From positions 43,338,001 through 43,402,000 of the forward strand of contig NC_043010.1 of the NCBI RefSeq assembly GCF_006345805.1: a DNA stretch of 64,000 bases, given 5' to 3'. The position numbers and the translations under genes were made by a program. The notes below the pieces were generated by a model, which worked only from the letters and a program-made list of their open reading frames with translations, did no database searches and had not been told where the DNA came from. The DNA is from Octopus sinensis (lineage: Eukaryota). Position 1 is the stretch's first letter. Every line of letters starts with the position of its first letter. Of this stretch, positions 11,763-23,254 are shown in pieces.

Positions 11763-13014
11763 CATAGCTGTTGTGTGATCTGATGTAAACTCGAACTTCG
11801 ATATCTCCTTTCACAGGTTTAAATGGAACATAGTGTTTAAATTTCAAACAGCCTTTTTAACCAATTGTAACTTCATCAATAGAAATGAAAATTATTTTGC
11901 AATCTATCCTCAAAAGACCACATGTGGTGAGTTCAGCATGTCTGGGATTGTTCTTTGGAGGATTATTTCCCCAACAGTTACTAACCCTCAACAAAGCTTC
12001 GGTGAGATCCACAATGGAGTACTGGTCCCATGTCTAGGACTTTGCTACTACTACACACACAAACATCTTAGATCTCATCCACATAAAGGCCTGTCAAAGG
12101 ATTGACTTGACCCGGCACACTCCAACCTCTGACTCGCATGTGTACTGTCTTCTCTTTCTCTACCACTACTCTTCAGTAGTTTCTACTCCTCAGTGTTGTC
12201 TGGTCTTGTACCACCTCCACTCAGACTCACCCGACTTGGTTTTTCTTCTTCTCATCATCCATATTGTATCTACTCTACCCCACTATGTTGTGTGCTAACT
12301 TCTATACTTAGTCCTTCCTCCTCAAAATATCCACTCTCTGGAATTCTCCCCTTGTACATTTTTTTTCTTGCAGTTGTTAACTTCCATCTTTTTAAGAGGA
12401 ATGTTAACTGCATTGATTTCACTGTTTTTGATCATGCAAATTACATGGGTTCAGCACCTTTCCTCTGGACCAAACTAATTACAATAAATATCCTTGAGTA
12501 TTCCAAGAATTTTGTCCAAGTTCAATACATGGTACAGCAAGGCTTTCATTTATTCGTCACTTATATCATTCTAGCTTCTGGCATGTAGTTTTGTCTCTTT
12601 AGATGCAATTTAGTACAAATATAGAAAAAAAAGTATACTGTTTCTGTCTTATCTCTCTCTACTTTTTAAGTGGGTCCTTTTAAGTGTTGGTCCTGAAAAC
12701 TTGAAAATATGGCATAACATTCATTTATTCCACTTTGGTAGACAGATATCTTCTTTGTTAGTATTTCTCACCACTAATGACATCATAAGTACTCAATCTC
12801 TAAAACTGAAATATTTTCATTTTGTACTTTCACATTGTACACCCAATATCTTAAGAGCAAAAAAAACTGTTTATATCTGGTATTACATGCTGCTAATCAT
12901 GTAGTAGGCATAATTTCAAAAGAATGATGTGTGAAACTATTCACTGAAATTAGCTATTATATACTAAAATTGCATGGCAAAAGTCACAAGTAACAATTGT
13001 AAAATGATCATTGA

Positions 13015-13015
<1 letters not shown>

Positions 13016-13061
<46 letters not shown>

Positions 13062-13070
13062 ATAGTAGTA
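13016..13070. repeat. (AGT)n microsatellite upstream of the 13151 exon
   Basis: Long tagtagtag run. Confidence 0.95.
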
Positions 13071-13150
13071 CCAGCAGCAGCTGTTGGTGTTGTTGTTGTT
13101 ACTTATGTTTATTGTAGTATATGATTCACATGATGATGTTTAACTTGCAG

Positions 13151-13255
13151 GTTGGTGGTTGGTGAACAAAAACTCTGAACAAGGCTATGTTCCTGGAAAC
13201 TATCTGAAGCGAGGTGACAGCTTGAAAGATTCCAGGACTCTGGCAGACAACTGTG
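13151..13255 (+). CDS. SH3PXD2A: SH3PXD2/Tks-like adaptor, exon completing SH3 #1
   Basis: Acceptor ttgcag|GT and donor TGTG|gtaag. Encodes (G)WWLVNKNSEQGYVPGNYLKRGDSLKDSRTLADNC and joins the previous exon in frame (105 nt, phase 1/1). Confidence 0.9.
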
Positions 13256-13352
13256 GTAAGGCTGTGTAAAGATGTGGAATATGTTTATGTGTGTATTAGT
13301 TTGTGCATAAATAGGTTTAGGTATGTGTATGTGTATGTGTGTATATATATAT

Positions 13353-13590
13353 CATCATCATCATCATCATCGTTTAACGTCCGTTTTCCGTGCTAGCACG
13401 GGTTGGACGGTTTGACCGGGGTCTGGGAAACCAGGAGGCTGCACCAGGCTCCAGTCTGATCTGGCAGTGTTTCTACAGCTGGATGCGCTTCCTAACGCCA
13501 ACCACTCTGCGAGTGTAGTGGGTGCTTTTTACGTGCCACTGGCACGGAAGACAGTCAAGGTGACACTGGCATAGTCAAGGCGGCGCTGGC
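13353..13590 (-). mobile_element. RTE-tail/SINE-like repeat
   Basis: (cat)n cgtttaacgtccgttttccgtgctagcacgggttggacgg...ctacagctggatgcgcttcctaacgccaacc. Confidence 0.85.
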
Positions 13591-13849
13591 ATAAAACTGA
13601 ATATATATATATGCATTTAAAAAAAGATTTATTGGTTAGTTAAAGTATGAGAGCAGAAACCCCAAGAACTTTGTAGAACTTTCCTGATGGATAAGATTGA
13701 TGAAGATGATGTACAATGATGTCTACAGCAGAGAATTCCAAACCTTATGAAGGAGATGACAGAGGATCAATATATGTGGCGCATAGCTGTACTCTGACCT
13801 CCACAACAGAACTGAGATCCTAAAACCAAGGTGTCATTTAAAAAGCATT

Positions 13850-14085
13850 GGTGTGAGTGCTGGTGCCACATAAACAGCACTGGTGATGATGCCACATATA
13901 AAGCACTCAGTTCACTGTGGAGTGGTTTGGCATTAGGAAGGCATCCAGTCATAGAAACCAAACCAAGACAAACACTGGAGCCTGGTGTAGCCTCTGGCTT
14001 TATCAGTTCCTGTCAAGCTGTCCAACCCATGCCAACATAGAAAATGGTTGTTAAATGTTGATGATTATGATAATGATGATGCAGG
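13850..14085 (+). mobile_element. RTE-tail/SINE-like repeat, older copy, inverted relative to 13353-13590
   Basis: gtggtttggcattaggaaggcatccag...ccaacccatgccaacatagaaaatgg..(gat)n. Confidence 0.7.
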
Positions 14086-14732
14086 TTCTGGGCAAATGCT
14101 TGGAGGTATTCCTTGGTTTTTTGATAGACCCCTTGCAGATGTGGCAGGGGTGAGTAAAGTAAATGTCTCTTAGTAGTAGTGAACTGTGTACTGCTACATG
14201 TTTGGAAATGAACCACTTGAAGTGTTAGACTTTTTGTTGAGTGAGGGAAGTGGAAGGCTGTATTTTGAAGGATTGGTTTTTTTTTTTTAAATCTTAGTCA
14301 GAGGAGTAAGGTAGAAGTTATTTTCAGACCAGACCTTGAAACAATTACTTGCAGGAAAATATACTCCACTTAAAGCATTCAAGATTTGAGATTATGGGAT
14401 CAGTCACCCACTTGTTTATCTTAGAAGAGTCTGACTGAAAGATCAGTTACTGACTTGAATTATCAGAGAGGAGTATGGGTTAGTAGATGCTGTGTAGTAT
14501 GAAGATAGGAAGTGTGTTGTCTTGATTAAGCAGTAGTTAGATAACCTGATGAGTAAAGATATGGTGATGGTTGAATAAAATCTGGATTTGGAAGTGCAGA
14601 AGAATTTGAGGACATTTCAGTGGTCATAAAGTAAATCAATGCAGATATTTCAGAATAGGAAAAAGGATTTTACCTTCTGCACCAGTGTGTTGTTTGTGTA
14701 TAGTTTCATGTATTTGAGTGTAGGATTGTATA

Positions 14733-14781
<49 letters not shown>

Positions 14782-15739
14782 TGTGTGTGTGTGTTTGTGT
14801 GTGTGTATGTGTGTGTGTGTGTGTTTTAGTACAAAGTTTTAATGAGTTAGGATTTGTGCATAAGCAATGTAATAACTATTTATGCTTTGTGCATTGTGAT
14901 GTGTGTGAATAGATTTTGTTGTGCATTTATGCATCTGTAAAATGTGTGTACATGGGATGGTGTGTGTTGTTGCATAGCCTAGTCAAACTTGCTGAGCAAA
15001 CCTATGACCAGTAAGTAGTCAATAGAACAAGGTGTAATTCGGGGATCTATTTGTTGCACATATTCCACAGCTGCACCTTACTGAGGATTATACTGCACAT
15101 TCCGACATGTTATGGTTACTCACATGGAATGCAGTATGACATTCTTGACATGTTATAGTCTCCCTTCTGTCCAAGCTATTTCTGTATGGCTTGAGATGCT
15201 ATAGATGGTCAATATGGAGGTGAACAAAGTAGGCTCAGTGCACAACAGTTATTTTTCCTCTGCACATATCATTAATACTGTACATTACTGCTGCTAATGA
15301 AGCCATTGATGTTGCAGCTATTTCTGTGTAATGTGTATTTTTTATTTATGAGTGAAAAATGGTGTTTGAGGACGTTTTAAATGTGTCTGGGTATTTAGAG
15401 ATGATTGTAATGTAAGGGATCTTGAAGGATAGAATTGCTGTGGAAACAAACTGTGCCCCATCATATATCAAAGTAATCTTTCATTTTTAATATTTTTGCT
15501 TTGCTGTTTGTCTCTTCTGTGTGCAACCTGTGACTATGTAAGATGAACTGTTTTGTTTTCTTTGTTGTGTGTTGTGGAAAGAGTGTAAAACTAGGAAGAG
15601 ATGGCATAACTCCTGGTGGATCTAATATATTGTTTGCAGAGTAATGTTATTGTTTCTTTTTGTTAACCAGATACAGTATTTATGAGTTCTAAATGTTTGT
15701 GCATTTGTATGAGCCTATTTATGCTGCTCAGTGTGATGA

Positions 15740-16436
15740 TTGCAGGACCTAGGTATCTTGGTGGATTCTTCCTTTTCGCCTTCGGCCCAATACGTCCATG
15801 CTGCCAACAAAGCACGCGGAGTTCTGTTTTTGATTCGACGGTCATTCGGAATGCTCACAGCAGCCATATTCCTACCGCTCTATGTCACACTGGTGAGACC
15901 CATATTGGAGTACAGGATTCAAGCCTCTTCTCCTTATCTCCTCAAAGACATACATCATCTCGAAAGAGTCCAGAAGCTGGCTACCCACATGGTTCTTGGT
16001 CTCAAGCATTTGTCTTATGAAGAAAGGCTGAAGACACTCAACCTTTATTCTCTAGAAAAACACAGACGCCGTAGTGATCTCATTCTCACTCACAACATCA
16101 TAAGCAGAAAGTGTAACTTCTCGAAAGAGCTGTTCTTCACTCCTGCTCCAGAGTGTCGGCTGCGGGGTCACTCCGAAAAGCTCTATCTGCGACGATTTCA
16201 TCTCAATTGAAGGGAAGGGGCTTTCTCCGTCCGCGTTGTAGATCCGTGGAATAAGCTGCCAGACAAGATAGTGAAGATGCCAATGACCGCTGGGTTCAAA
16301 GTCTCTCTTGACCAGAAATGGCCTGAACTCTTTGCATGAACACCCTCCCTGTACATAACTCCATGTCCCCCTACATGGCCTTGCTTTTTGCTTTTTGAGC
16401 CAAAAAATTAACTTAACTTAACGTAACTTAACTTAT
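15740..16436 (+). mobile_element. CR1-clade LINE, 5'-truncated 3' end
   Basis: ORF DLGILVDSS...LYVTLVRPILEY...LERVQKLAT..V.GL..LSYEERLKTLNLYSLE..RRR.DLI...LRGHSEKL continues past one stop into FSVRVVDPWNKLP. It ends in an (AACTT)n tail. Confidence 0.9.
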
Positions 16437-16639
16437 TTGATGTTCTTTGATGTTGGTGGTGAGAAGGGAGACTCTGGGTTTGGAAGATACTTTCAGACTG
16501 TTTATTTGGAGCTAGTGTCTAGGTAGTAGATGTAGTTTTGAGGAATTGTGCAGTTGTATCTGAAGAATGGCAGGATGAGGTAATTGTGATCCCATATGTT
16601 TATGAGGCTGTGTGTATGTTGTTTTAGTTTGGCAGCATG

Positions 16640-17233
16640 TCAACCTTGATCAAGTTGATCTATGATCAATGACTTCTCAGCTATGACCCTCCCATCTTTA
16701 GTTATAATAAATCTATGACTTCATTAGCCAATGTGCCCTTCTTTGTTTAAGATGTCTACTAATTTTTTAAATGATTTCAGTTGATCAAAGTTTTTCAACT
16801 CACTATATCATGTCTACCATACTTTTATTTAATGTGCAGAGCGTTCCCCTGACCTATTTTCTTTTTATTGTTGATAGACTTAAAAAATAGTCTATTAACC
16901 TGTATTTTGTGCTGTTTCTTAAAGGATCTTTGGTATTTTATGTATAGGTGAGTAACAACAAATAAAGTGAAAGAATTTGCTAAAATTAGTGTAGATGTTG
17001 TATGTTGTTTGTTCATTATTGTCAAAGCTACAAGGTATTATTTGTGTAAGGTTTATGTATAGTGTGGTAGTTGTGTGTAGTGATCTAAATCCATACTGTG
17101 AGGCAGTGAGTAGAATGCATAGGTTGGTAATGTCAAGGATGAATCTGTGAATTTTGACATGTGAAAACTTGTTTGTTGTTGAGCAATCATTAAACAACTG
17201 AGTATCAGTTGTTACCATTAAGCTGATACTCAA
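16640..17233 (-). mobile_element. Degenerate LINE RT fragment
   Basis: QYGFRSLHTTTT...FDNNEQ..IYTNFSKFF resembles the QHGFR..ST...YLDFSKAFD RT motif. Confidence 0.55.
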
Positions 17234-17254
17234 GTTGATGTACCTCTATTGTAG

Positions 17255-17372
17255 GAGAGAAATATGTCTGTATAGAAGCATTTGAACCTGAGGGTCCTGA
17301 TGACCATTCCTTGAGAGTTGGGGTCATAGTGGAGCTCATCCAGAAGAATCTCGATGGATGGTGGTGGGTCAG
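17255..17372 (+). CDS. SH3PXD2A: SH3PXD2/Tks-like adaptor, exon with most of SH3 #2
   Basis: Acceptor ttgtag|GA and donor GTCAG|gtgag. Encodes (G)EKYVCIEAFEPEGPDDHSLRVGVIVELIQKNLDGWWWV, matching the Tks5 pattern EEKYV...EVIRKNLEGWW (118 nt, phase 1/2). Confidence 0.9.
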
Positions 17373-17687
17373 GTGAGTGCTAGCAAGGAAAACATAAAAT
17401 GATTTATATTTATATTTATATTTATATTAAACATAAAATGATTTATATTTATATTTATATTTTTTATTATAAATGGTCATCATCATTATTAAAATTGATT
17501 TTGTCATTGGATATTAAAATATCCATTTTTAATGTGCTGACATGAATAAAAGTTTGCTAAATGTCATATTATCACTCATAATTCTTTGTCATCTTTTCCA
17601 TTAAGCTGAGATCTTCCCATATCTTATTTAATCTTTCTGTGCTACTGGTGCTTCCTACTGTCAGCACTCATTTACATCATATAATAC

Positions 17688-18084
17688 CTATTTCTTTACT
17701 ACCCACAAGGGGCTAAACACAGAGAGGACAAACAAGGATAGACAAACGGATTAAGTCGATTATATCGACCCCGGTGCATAACTGGTACTTATTTAATCAA
17801 CCTCGAAAGGATGAAAGGCAAAGTCAACCTCGGCAGAATTTGAGCTCAGAACGTAGTGGTAGATGAAATACCTATTTCTTTACTACCCACAAGGGGCTAA
17901 ACACAGAGAGGACAAACAAGGACAGACAAACGGATTAAGTCGATTACATCGACCCTAGTGCGTAACTGGTGCTTAATTTATCAACCCTGAAAGGATGAAA
18001 GGCAAAGTTGACCTCGGCAGAATTTGAACTCAGAACATAGCGGCAGACGAAATACCGCTAAGCATTTCGCCCGGTGTGCTAATG
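17688..18084 (-). mobile_element. Head-to-tail dimer of tRNA-derived SINE with 17-18-bp TSD
   Basis: Two copies of ctatttctttactacccacaaggggctaaac...gaactcagaac (B box gttcaaattc on the minus strand). Direct repeat tttacatcatataatac(c) at 17671-17688 and 18085-18102. Confidence 0.85.
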
Positions 18085-18471
18085 TTTACATCATATAATA
18101 CCAGTGCATATGTGTTTCCTGCATACACAACTGTCCTCATTGTTCACTTGTAATCTGCTATTTATATAAAAACCAACAATGCACATATAAGTTATATTTG
18201 ATTAATTTTTCTTTGTCCTCCTTAGCATCATGCAACAAGACATTTATTTACTTATTTATAAATTGTTTATTAGATCAAGTTTTTCCACAGTGTTCTAAAG
18301 CAGTTGCTGGATATAAGCCTGATCTTCCCAACTGTTAACTATTTGATTATGAAGTGGCATGGATGACACTTGTCTCTGGCTGACTGGAAAACAAGCAAAG
18401 TAATGGGTTTTGTCCATGGATGCAATACAGTGGGCTGTAGCAAAGTTTGGATTTATTACTATGTAATTATA

Positions 18472-19361
18472 TTCGAGGGGGTACCCAAAAGTAACTGAAA
18501 ACGTTCACTGTGGGACAAGCCTGTTGTAATTCAGGTTTCTGCTGCTAAAAGCCACTTGATGCAACCCTCAGATATCAGTATGCTGACCAGCAGCATCAAG
18601 TAAAGTTGTACTGCCATGTGGTGTGTCTTTGCTTTGCAGTGCTTCTCCCCTGTTTGTCAATTTTTGAGATGACTGAAATGGGGAAACAGTGTGCTTTTGT
18701 GAAATTCTGTTTTCTGCTGAGAAAACAGCAGCCGAAACAGTTGTCATGCTTCTAACAGCTTACAAGGATGCTGCCATGAGCAAAACAAGTTTACAAGTGG
18801 TTTTCACACTTTAGGGATGGTCACTTGTTGCTTGAAGACCAACCTCATTTAGGCATCTATCAACCTCCCAAATGAATGAAAACATATTGAAAATTCACAA
18901 ACTGATCTTGGAGGACCATCACCAAATAGTGGGTTTGTTCTGAAGCTCCTGCCAACGAATTTTGAACAAGGAATTGTGAATGAAAAAAGTTGCAGCAAAG
19001 TTTGTGTCTCACTTGCTCATGGAAAATCAAAAGCAGTCACAACTGAATGTGTGTCATGAGCTGAAAGAACAGTTGGAAACTGATCTGAACCTTTTTTCGA
19101 AGGTCATCACTGGTGACGAAAGCTGGTGCTACGGGACTTTGCAGATGTGGAAGAGGTGAAGAAAAAAATGATGGAGGCATTAAAAGGCATCACTTCACAA
19201 AAGTTTCAGCACCGATTCAAACAATGGAAAATGTCTGGACCAATGCATTGCTTCAAATGGAGAATACTTTGAAGGTGATAAAAGTATAAACATGTAAAAC
19301 CAAGTGAATAGAATAATATTACAAAAAAATTCCAGTTTCTTCTTTTGGGTACCCCCTCATA
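18472..19361 (+). mobile_element. Internally deleted mariner
   Basis: TIRs cgagggggtacccaaaag / cttttgggtaccccctcata. Transposase remnants include VKFCFLL..AAETVVML, ELKEQLETD..FSKVITGDESWCYG and EEVKKK..EALKGIT...CIASNGEYFEGD. Confidence 0.85.
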
Positions 19362-19627
19362 GTCTATGTATTTAAGCTCACTCTCTCCTTTAGCCTCTCT
19401 TTCTCTCAGCAAGCAGTGCATATTTAGTCTCTCAGTCATCCCTAAGTTTTTATCATCTGTTCTGTCATCACAATATGATTTGATTTGAATTGTGTAATCC
19501 TATTTAATAAATACAGGGTCACCCAAATCCATCAGGGCAACAAAATTACAATTAGGTCTTTGATGGACCACAAATGATGCATGTGATTGAATTTCAGGCA
19601 GGTATATAGAGACAGTGGACTTCAATA

Positions 19628-19862
19628 CCTATTTCTTTATTGCCCACAAGGGGCTAAACAGAGAGGGGACAAACAAGGACAGACAAACAGATTAAGTCAA
19701 TTACATCGACCCCAGTGCGTAACTGGTACTTAATTTATTGACCCCGAAAGGATGAAAGGCAAAGTCGACCTCAGCGGAATTTGAACTCAGAATGTAACGG
19801 CAGACAAAATACGGCTATGCATTTCACCCAGCGTGCTAACGTTTCTGCCAGCTCGCCACCTT
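19628..19862 (-). mobile_element. tRNA-derived SINE, full length
   Basis: The minus strand begins aaggtggcgagctggcagaaacgttagc (A box), has B box gagttcaaattccgc and ends aaagaaatagg. Confidence 0.9.
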
Positions 19863-20844
19863 GTGGACTTCAGTACCTACTACAGTGTCCTGTTGCAGAA
19901 AGGGTGGAATGTTGCAAGATGACAATAACTGCTGCTGAGACATTGCTAATAGTGAGTAGTTTGTGGGAGGAGCTAACTGCATAGTTTGGGTGGTCTACTC
20001 TACAAACTCTATGGATGTATACCAGACTTGTTCAACCCTGTCTTGGTAGACTAAACATTCCCTGTTGTGTTAGCTTGGATGTCGTGACAAAGGTAGACAC
20101 AAGCAAAGTTATGATAATTTCTACATCATAACTCTGTTGAAAGAAAAATGTAAGATTTGGCCAAGTTGTACATAGAAAGGTGAAAACTTGTCCCTCGTAA
20201 TGTGGTTGGGAGTGCACTGACCTGTGTGATTCCCAACAGCTTTCATCTCATAAGATATAAGATTAATTGGGTGGTTGATAAACCAGGCCTTAGGGGAGAG
20301 TTTTGTAACTAATCCTTGTAATCTCCACCTATCCATTTCTGTTAGGGCAAATAAGAAAAAGAAATTACTGCTGCTGTTGTTGTTGGTATTATTATAAAAG
20401 AGTAGATTGGGAGAATTGTTAAAGTATTAAACAAAATACTTAGCAACATTTTCTTTCAGCTTTTTACATTTTGAGTTCAAATTTCACTGTGGTTTCCTTT
20501 GCTTTTTAAAATGGATATATTTTATAATGTTAAAAATTTTATGATGGAGGTCAAGAAAAAAGGTACCAGCCTTGCATCATGGTCAATATAATCAATTATT
20601 CCCAAACTTATGGCTTTCTATTGTTGTAAAAAATCGTTATTGTACAAAATACCCCATATTTGATAAAAAATATGTAATTACCATCTTGATAACATGCATA
20701 CTTAGACATCAATTATATTCAATGCTAATTGGTAGACATTTCTGAGAAGCATATTTTTTCTATTGTAACAGTGAACTGTATTCCATTTTGTATCTACTCG
20801 AAATAAATAATAATGATTTTTCTTTTTCTTATGTCTTTTCATAG

Positions 20845-21196
20845 CATCAATGAGAAAGCTGGTTGGGCTCCTGCCACATGCCTTCAGTTGGCTGAAAGAA
20901 ATGTCCAAGACAGACTGGATAATCTTGCCTCCGGAGCTGTAGAAACAGTCAACAACTTATCTGATGTGAGCAATTTGCTCAAAGGTCCAGTGACTAGTGT
21001 TGGTGATAGCCACATTATTTCTGTTGATATGGATGCTAAACCAAATATCCCAAGTAACCAAGATGACTTTGAAAGTGATGAGTTTTCTGATGACAATGAT
21101 GATTCTGATGAGAATGATAGCCATTACAGCCGTATCTATGCTCCAGCTCCAAAACGCAGAAATACTTTCAAGGACATGAAAACTGCTTCAGCTAAG
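20845..21196 (+). CDS. SH3PXD2A: SH3PXD2/Tks-like adaptor, exon ending SH3 #2 plus acidic linker
   Basis: Acceptor ttttcatag|C and donor GCTAAG|gtaatt. Encodes (S)INEKAGWAPATCLQ...DDFESDEFSDDNDDSDENDSHYSRIYAP...SAK (352 nt, phase 2/0). Confidence 0.9.
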
Positions 21197-22663
21197 GTAA
21201 TTCAGTATGTGTGTTTATTAAAGTGTATGATTACCAACTAATATATCTTTGTTACCAGTATCAATGGCCAAGGCATTTTAATTCTCACTCTCTCAAAATG
21301 CATAGCTTTGAGTAGTTAGAGATAGATGTTGTTTCAGCTCAAACTACCGTGTAGAGATCTCTTTTGTTGGCTCATACACATATACATACATAACAGGAAG
21401 ATGTGATATGAAGGAGATTTAACTATTTTGATCATATCTATCATGTAGAGGTCTCCTTTCTTAGATCATAAATAAATATGTACAGACATAAGACAGTAGG
21501 TATGGTTTGAGGATTTGGCTGCTATTTCTACTAGGTCTTGCTACAGTTCCTCACTAGATAGTCCCTCATTGGCTCACATGCACACACACACACACACACA
21601 CAAAAATATATTTGCTAACAAGATGATTCAGCTTCACATCACTTAAAGTTTCATGGGTTCTGAACACATCCATACCAAATGTTTGCAATCAGATGGGCAG
21701 TTTCACCATGGCATATGAGGAAATTACCTGTAGAGGTGATTTTGGGCTGACACAAGAGTGGGATGGGTTTGATGTATTTTTTGTGGGATGTAAGGATGGG
21801 AAAAAGTGCCACTTTAAACATCATCTATTGGTGTGTAGGTACGAGTGTATGTGCAGGTTTGTATGTAATAAAGTGGGGTGCAGCAAACCTTGCACTAAAT
21901 CCTTGGATGGTGATGAGGAGATATTCTGATTTTGGAAGCTCTAATATTTATTATTTATGATGAAGTTCATCAGTATCCAGTTTGGTTGCCAATTTGTGCT
22001 CATGAGGGCAGAGAACTATATACCCATAAATATATATATGCACATACATAGGTAAATATATACACATATTTATATAACATACACATGTGTTGTAGCATAG
22101 AAGAAGCCTTTTTTTTTATGTAAAAGAAATTCTTTGAAAATTACCATGCATCTTCCATGATGCAAGTTGAAAAACTTTTAGCAGTGTTCTTAGAGTCAAA
22201 TAAAATCAGCCCCTTACAAAGATTTACTATTTGTAATATAGATAAAATCAAAAGACAAAGAATGTATACACAACCCATTGTATACATAAAAAAGGAGTAT
22301 TATTTTCAAGCTTTCTGTGGTTGCAAATGTATACCTGTGTACATTTTGAAGAATTGAAAAATTCCACCTATACCTGATTAACTTGTAGATACCCTTTCCA
22401 GTCCAGCATTATAATTTAAAGTCTAAGGGAGACTTTATCTCTCCATATTCTGAAAAAGTGGGACTGTATTATACAAGTTACCAGTTCTGTTAGACTTCCA
22501 TCAGAAAAAAAACACTCATGTTCTGTCCACTGCAAGATTAGTAACTTATAGCTATTTTTAGTGTACGCAGTCTTGGACTTGGCTAAGGTAGTTGATCATA
22601 TGAACTCCAGTACTATTTCAAAATTGTACTAAATTTTATTGATCTCCTCTTTTCATTGACACA

Positions 22664-23055
22664 GTTAGCACTCCAGGTGAAATGCTTAGCGGTATTTCGT
22701 CTGTCTTTACGTTCTGAGTTCAAATTCCGCCAAGGTTGACTTTGCCTTTCATCCTTTCGGGGTCGATTAAATAAGTACCAGTTATGCACTGCGGTTGATA
22801 TAATCGACTTTATCCGTTTGTCTGTCCTTGTTTGTCCTCTCTGTGTTTAGCCCCTTGTGGGTAGTAAAGAAATAAGTGAAATGTTTAGTGGCATTTCATC
22901 TGTCTTTATGTTTTGAGTTAAAATTCCAAGGTCAACTTTGCCTTTTGTCCTTTAGGGGTCACTAAAATAAGTACCTGTTGAGCACTGGGTCAATTTAATT
23001 AACATAGCCCCTCTCCCCAAACTGCTGGCCTTGTGCCAAAATTTGAAACCAGTAT
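22664..23055 (+). mobile_element. tRNA-derived SINE plus adjacent second monomer
   Basis: gttagcactccaggtgaaatgcttagcggtatttcgtc...gagttcaaattccgcc...gggtagtaaagaaataag is followed at once by a related copy. Confidence 0.85.
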
Positions 23056-23254
23056 TAGAAAGTTAGAAAGAAACATCTAATGACATAATTAGCAGCAACT
23101 GAATAAAATCTATTTTAGCAAACTACTACTGTCTTATAAAATACTTTAAACCAATGCTAACCCAAGAAAACTTGTTAAAATTAATTGAACTTAGAGATAA
23201 AAAGATGTGAAATGTTTATAATTATTCAGATTTTCACTATTTTCTCTTCTTCAG

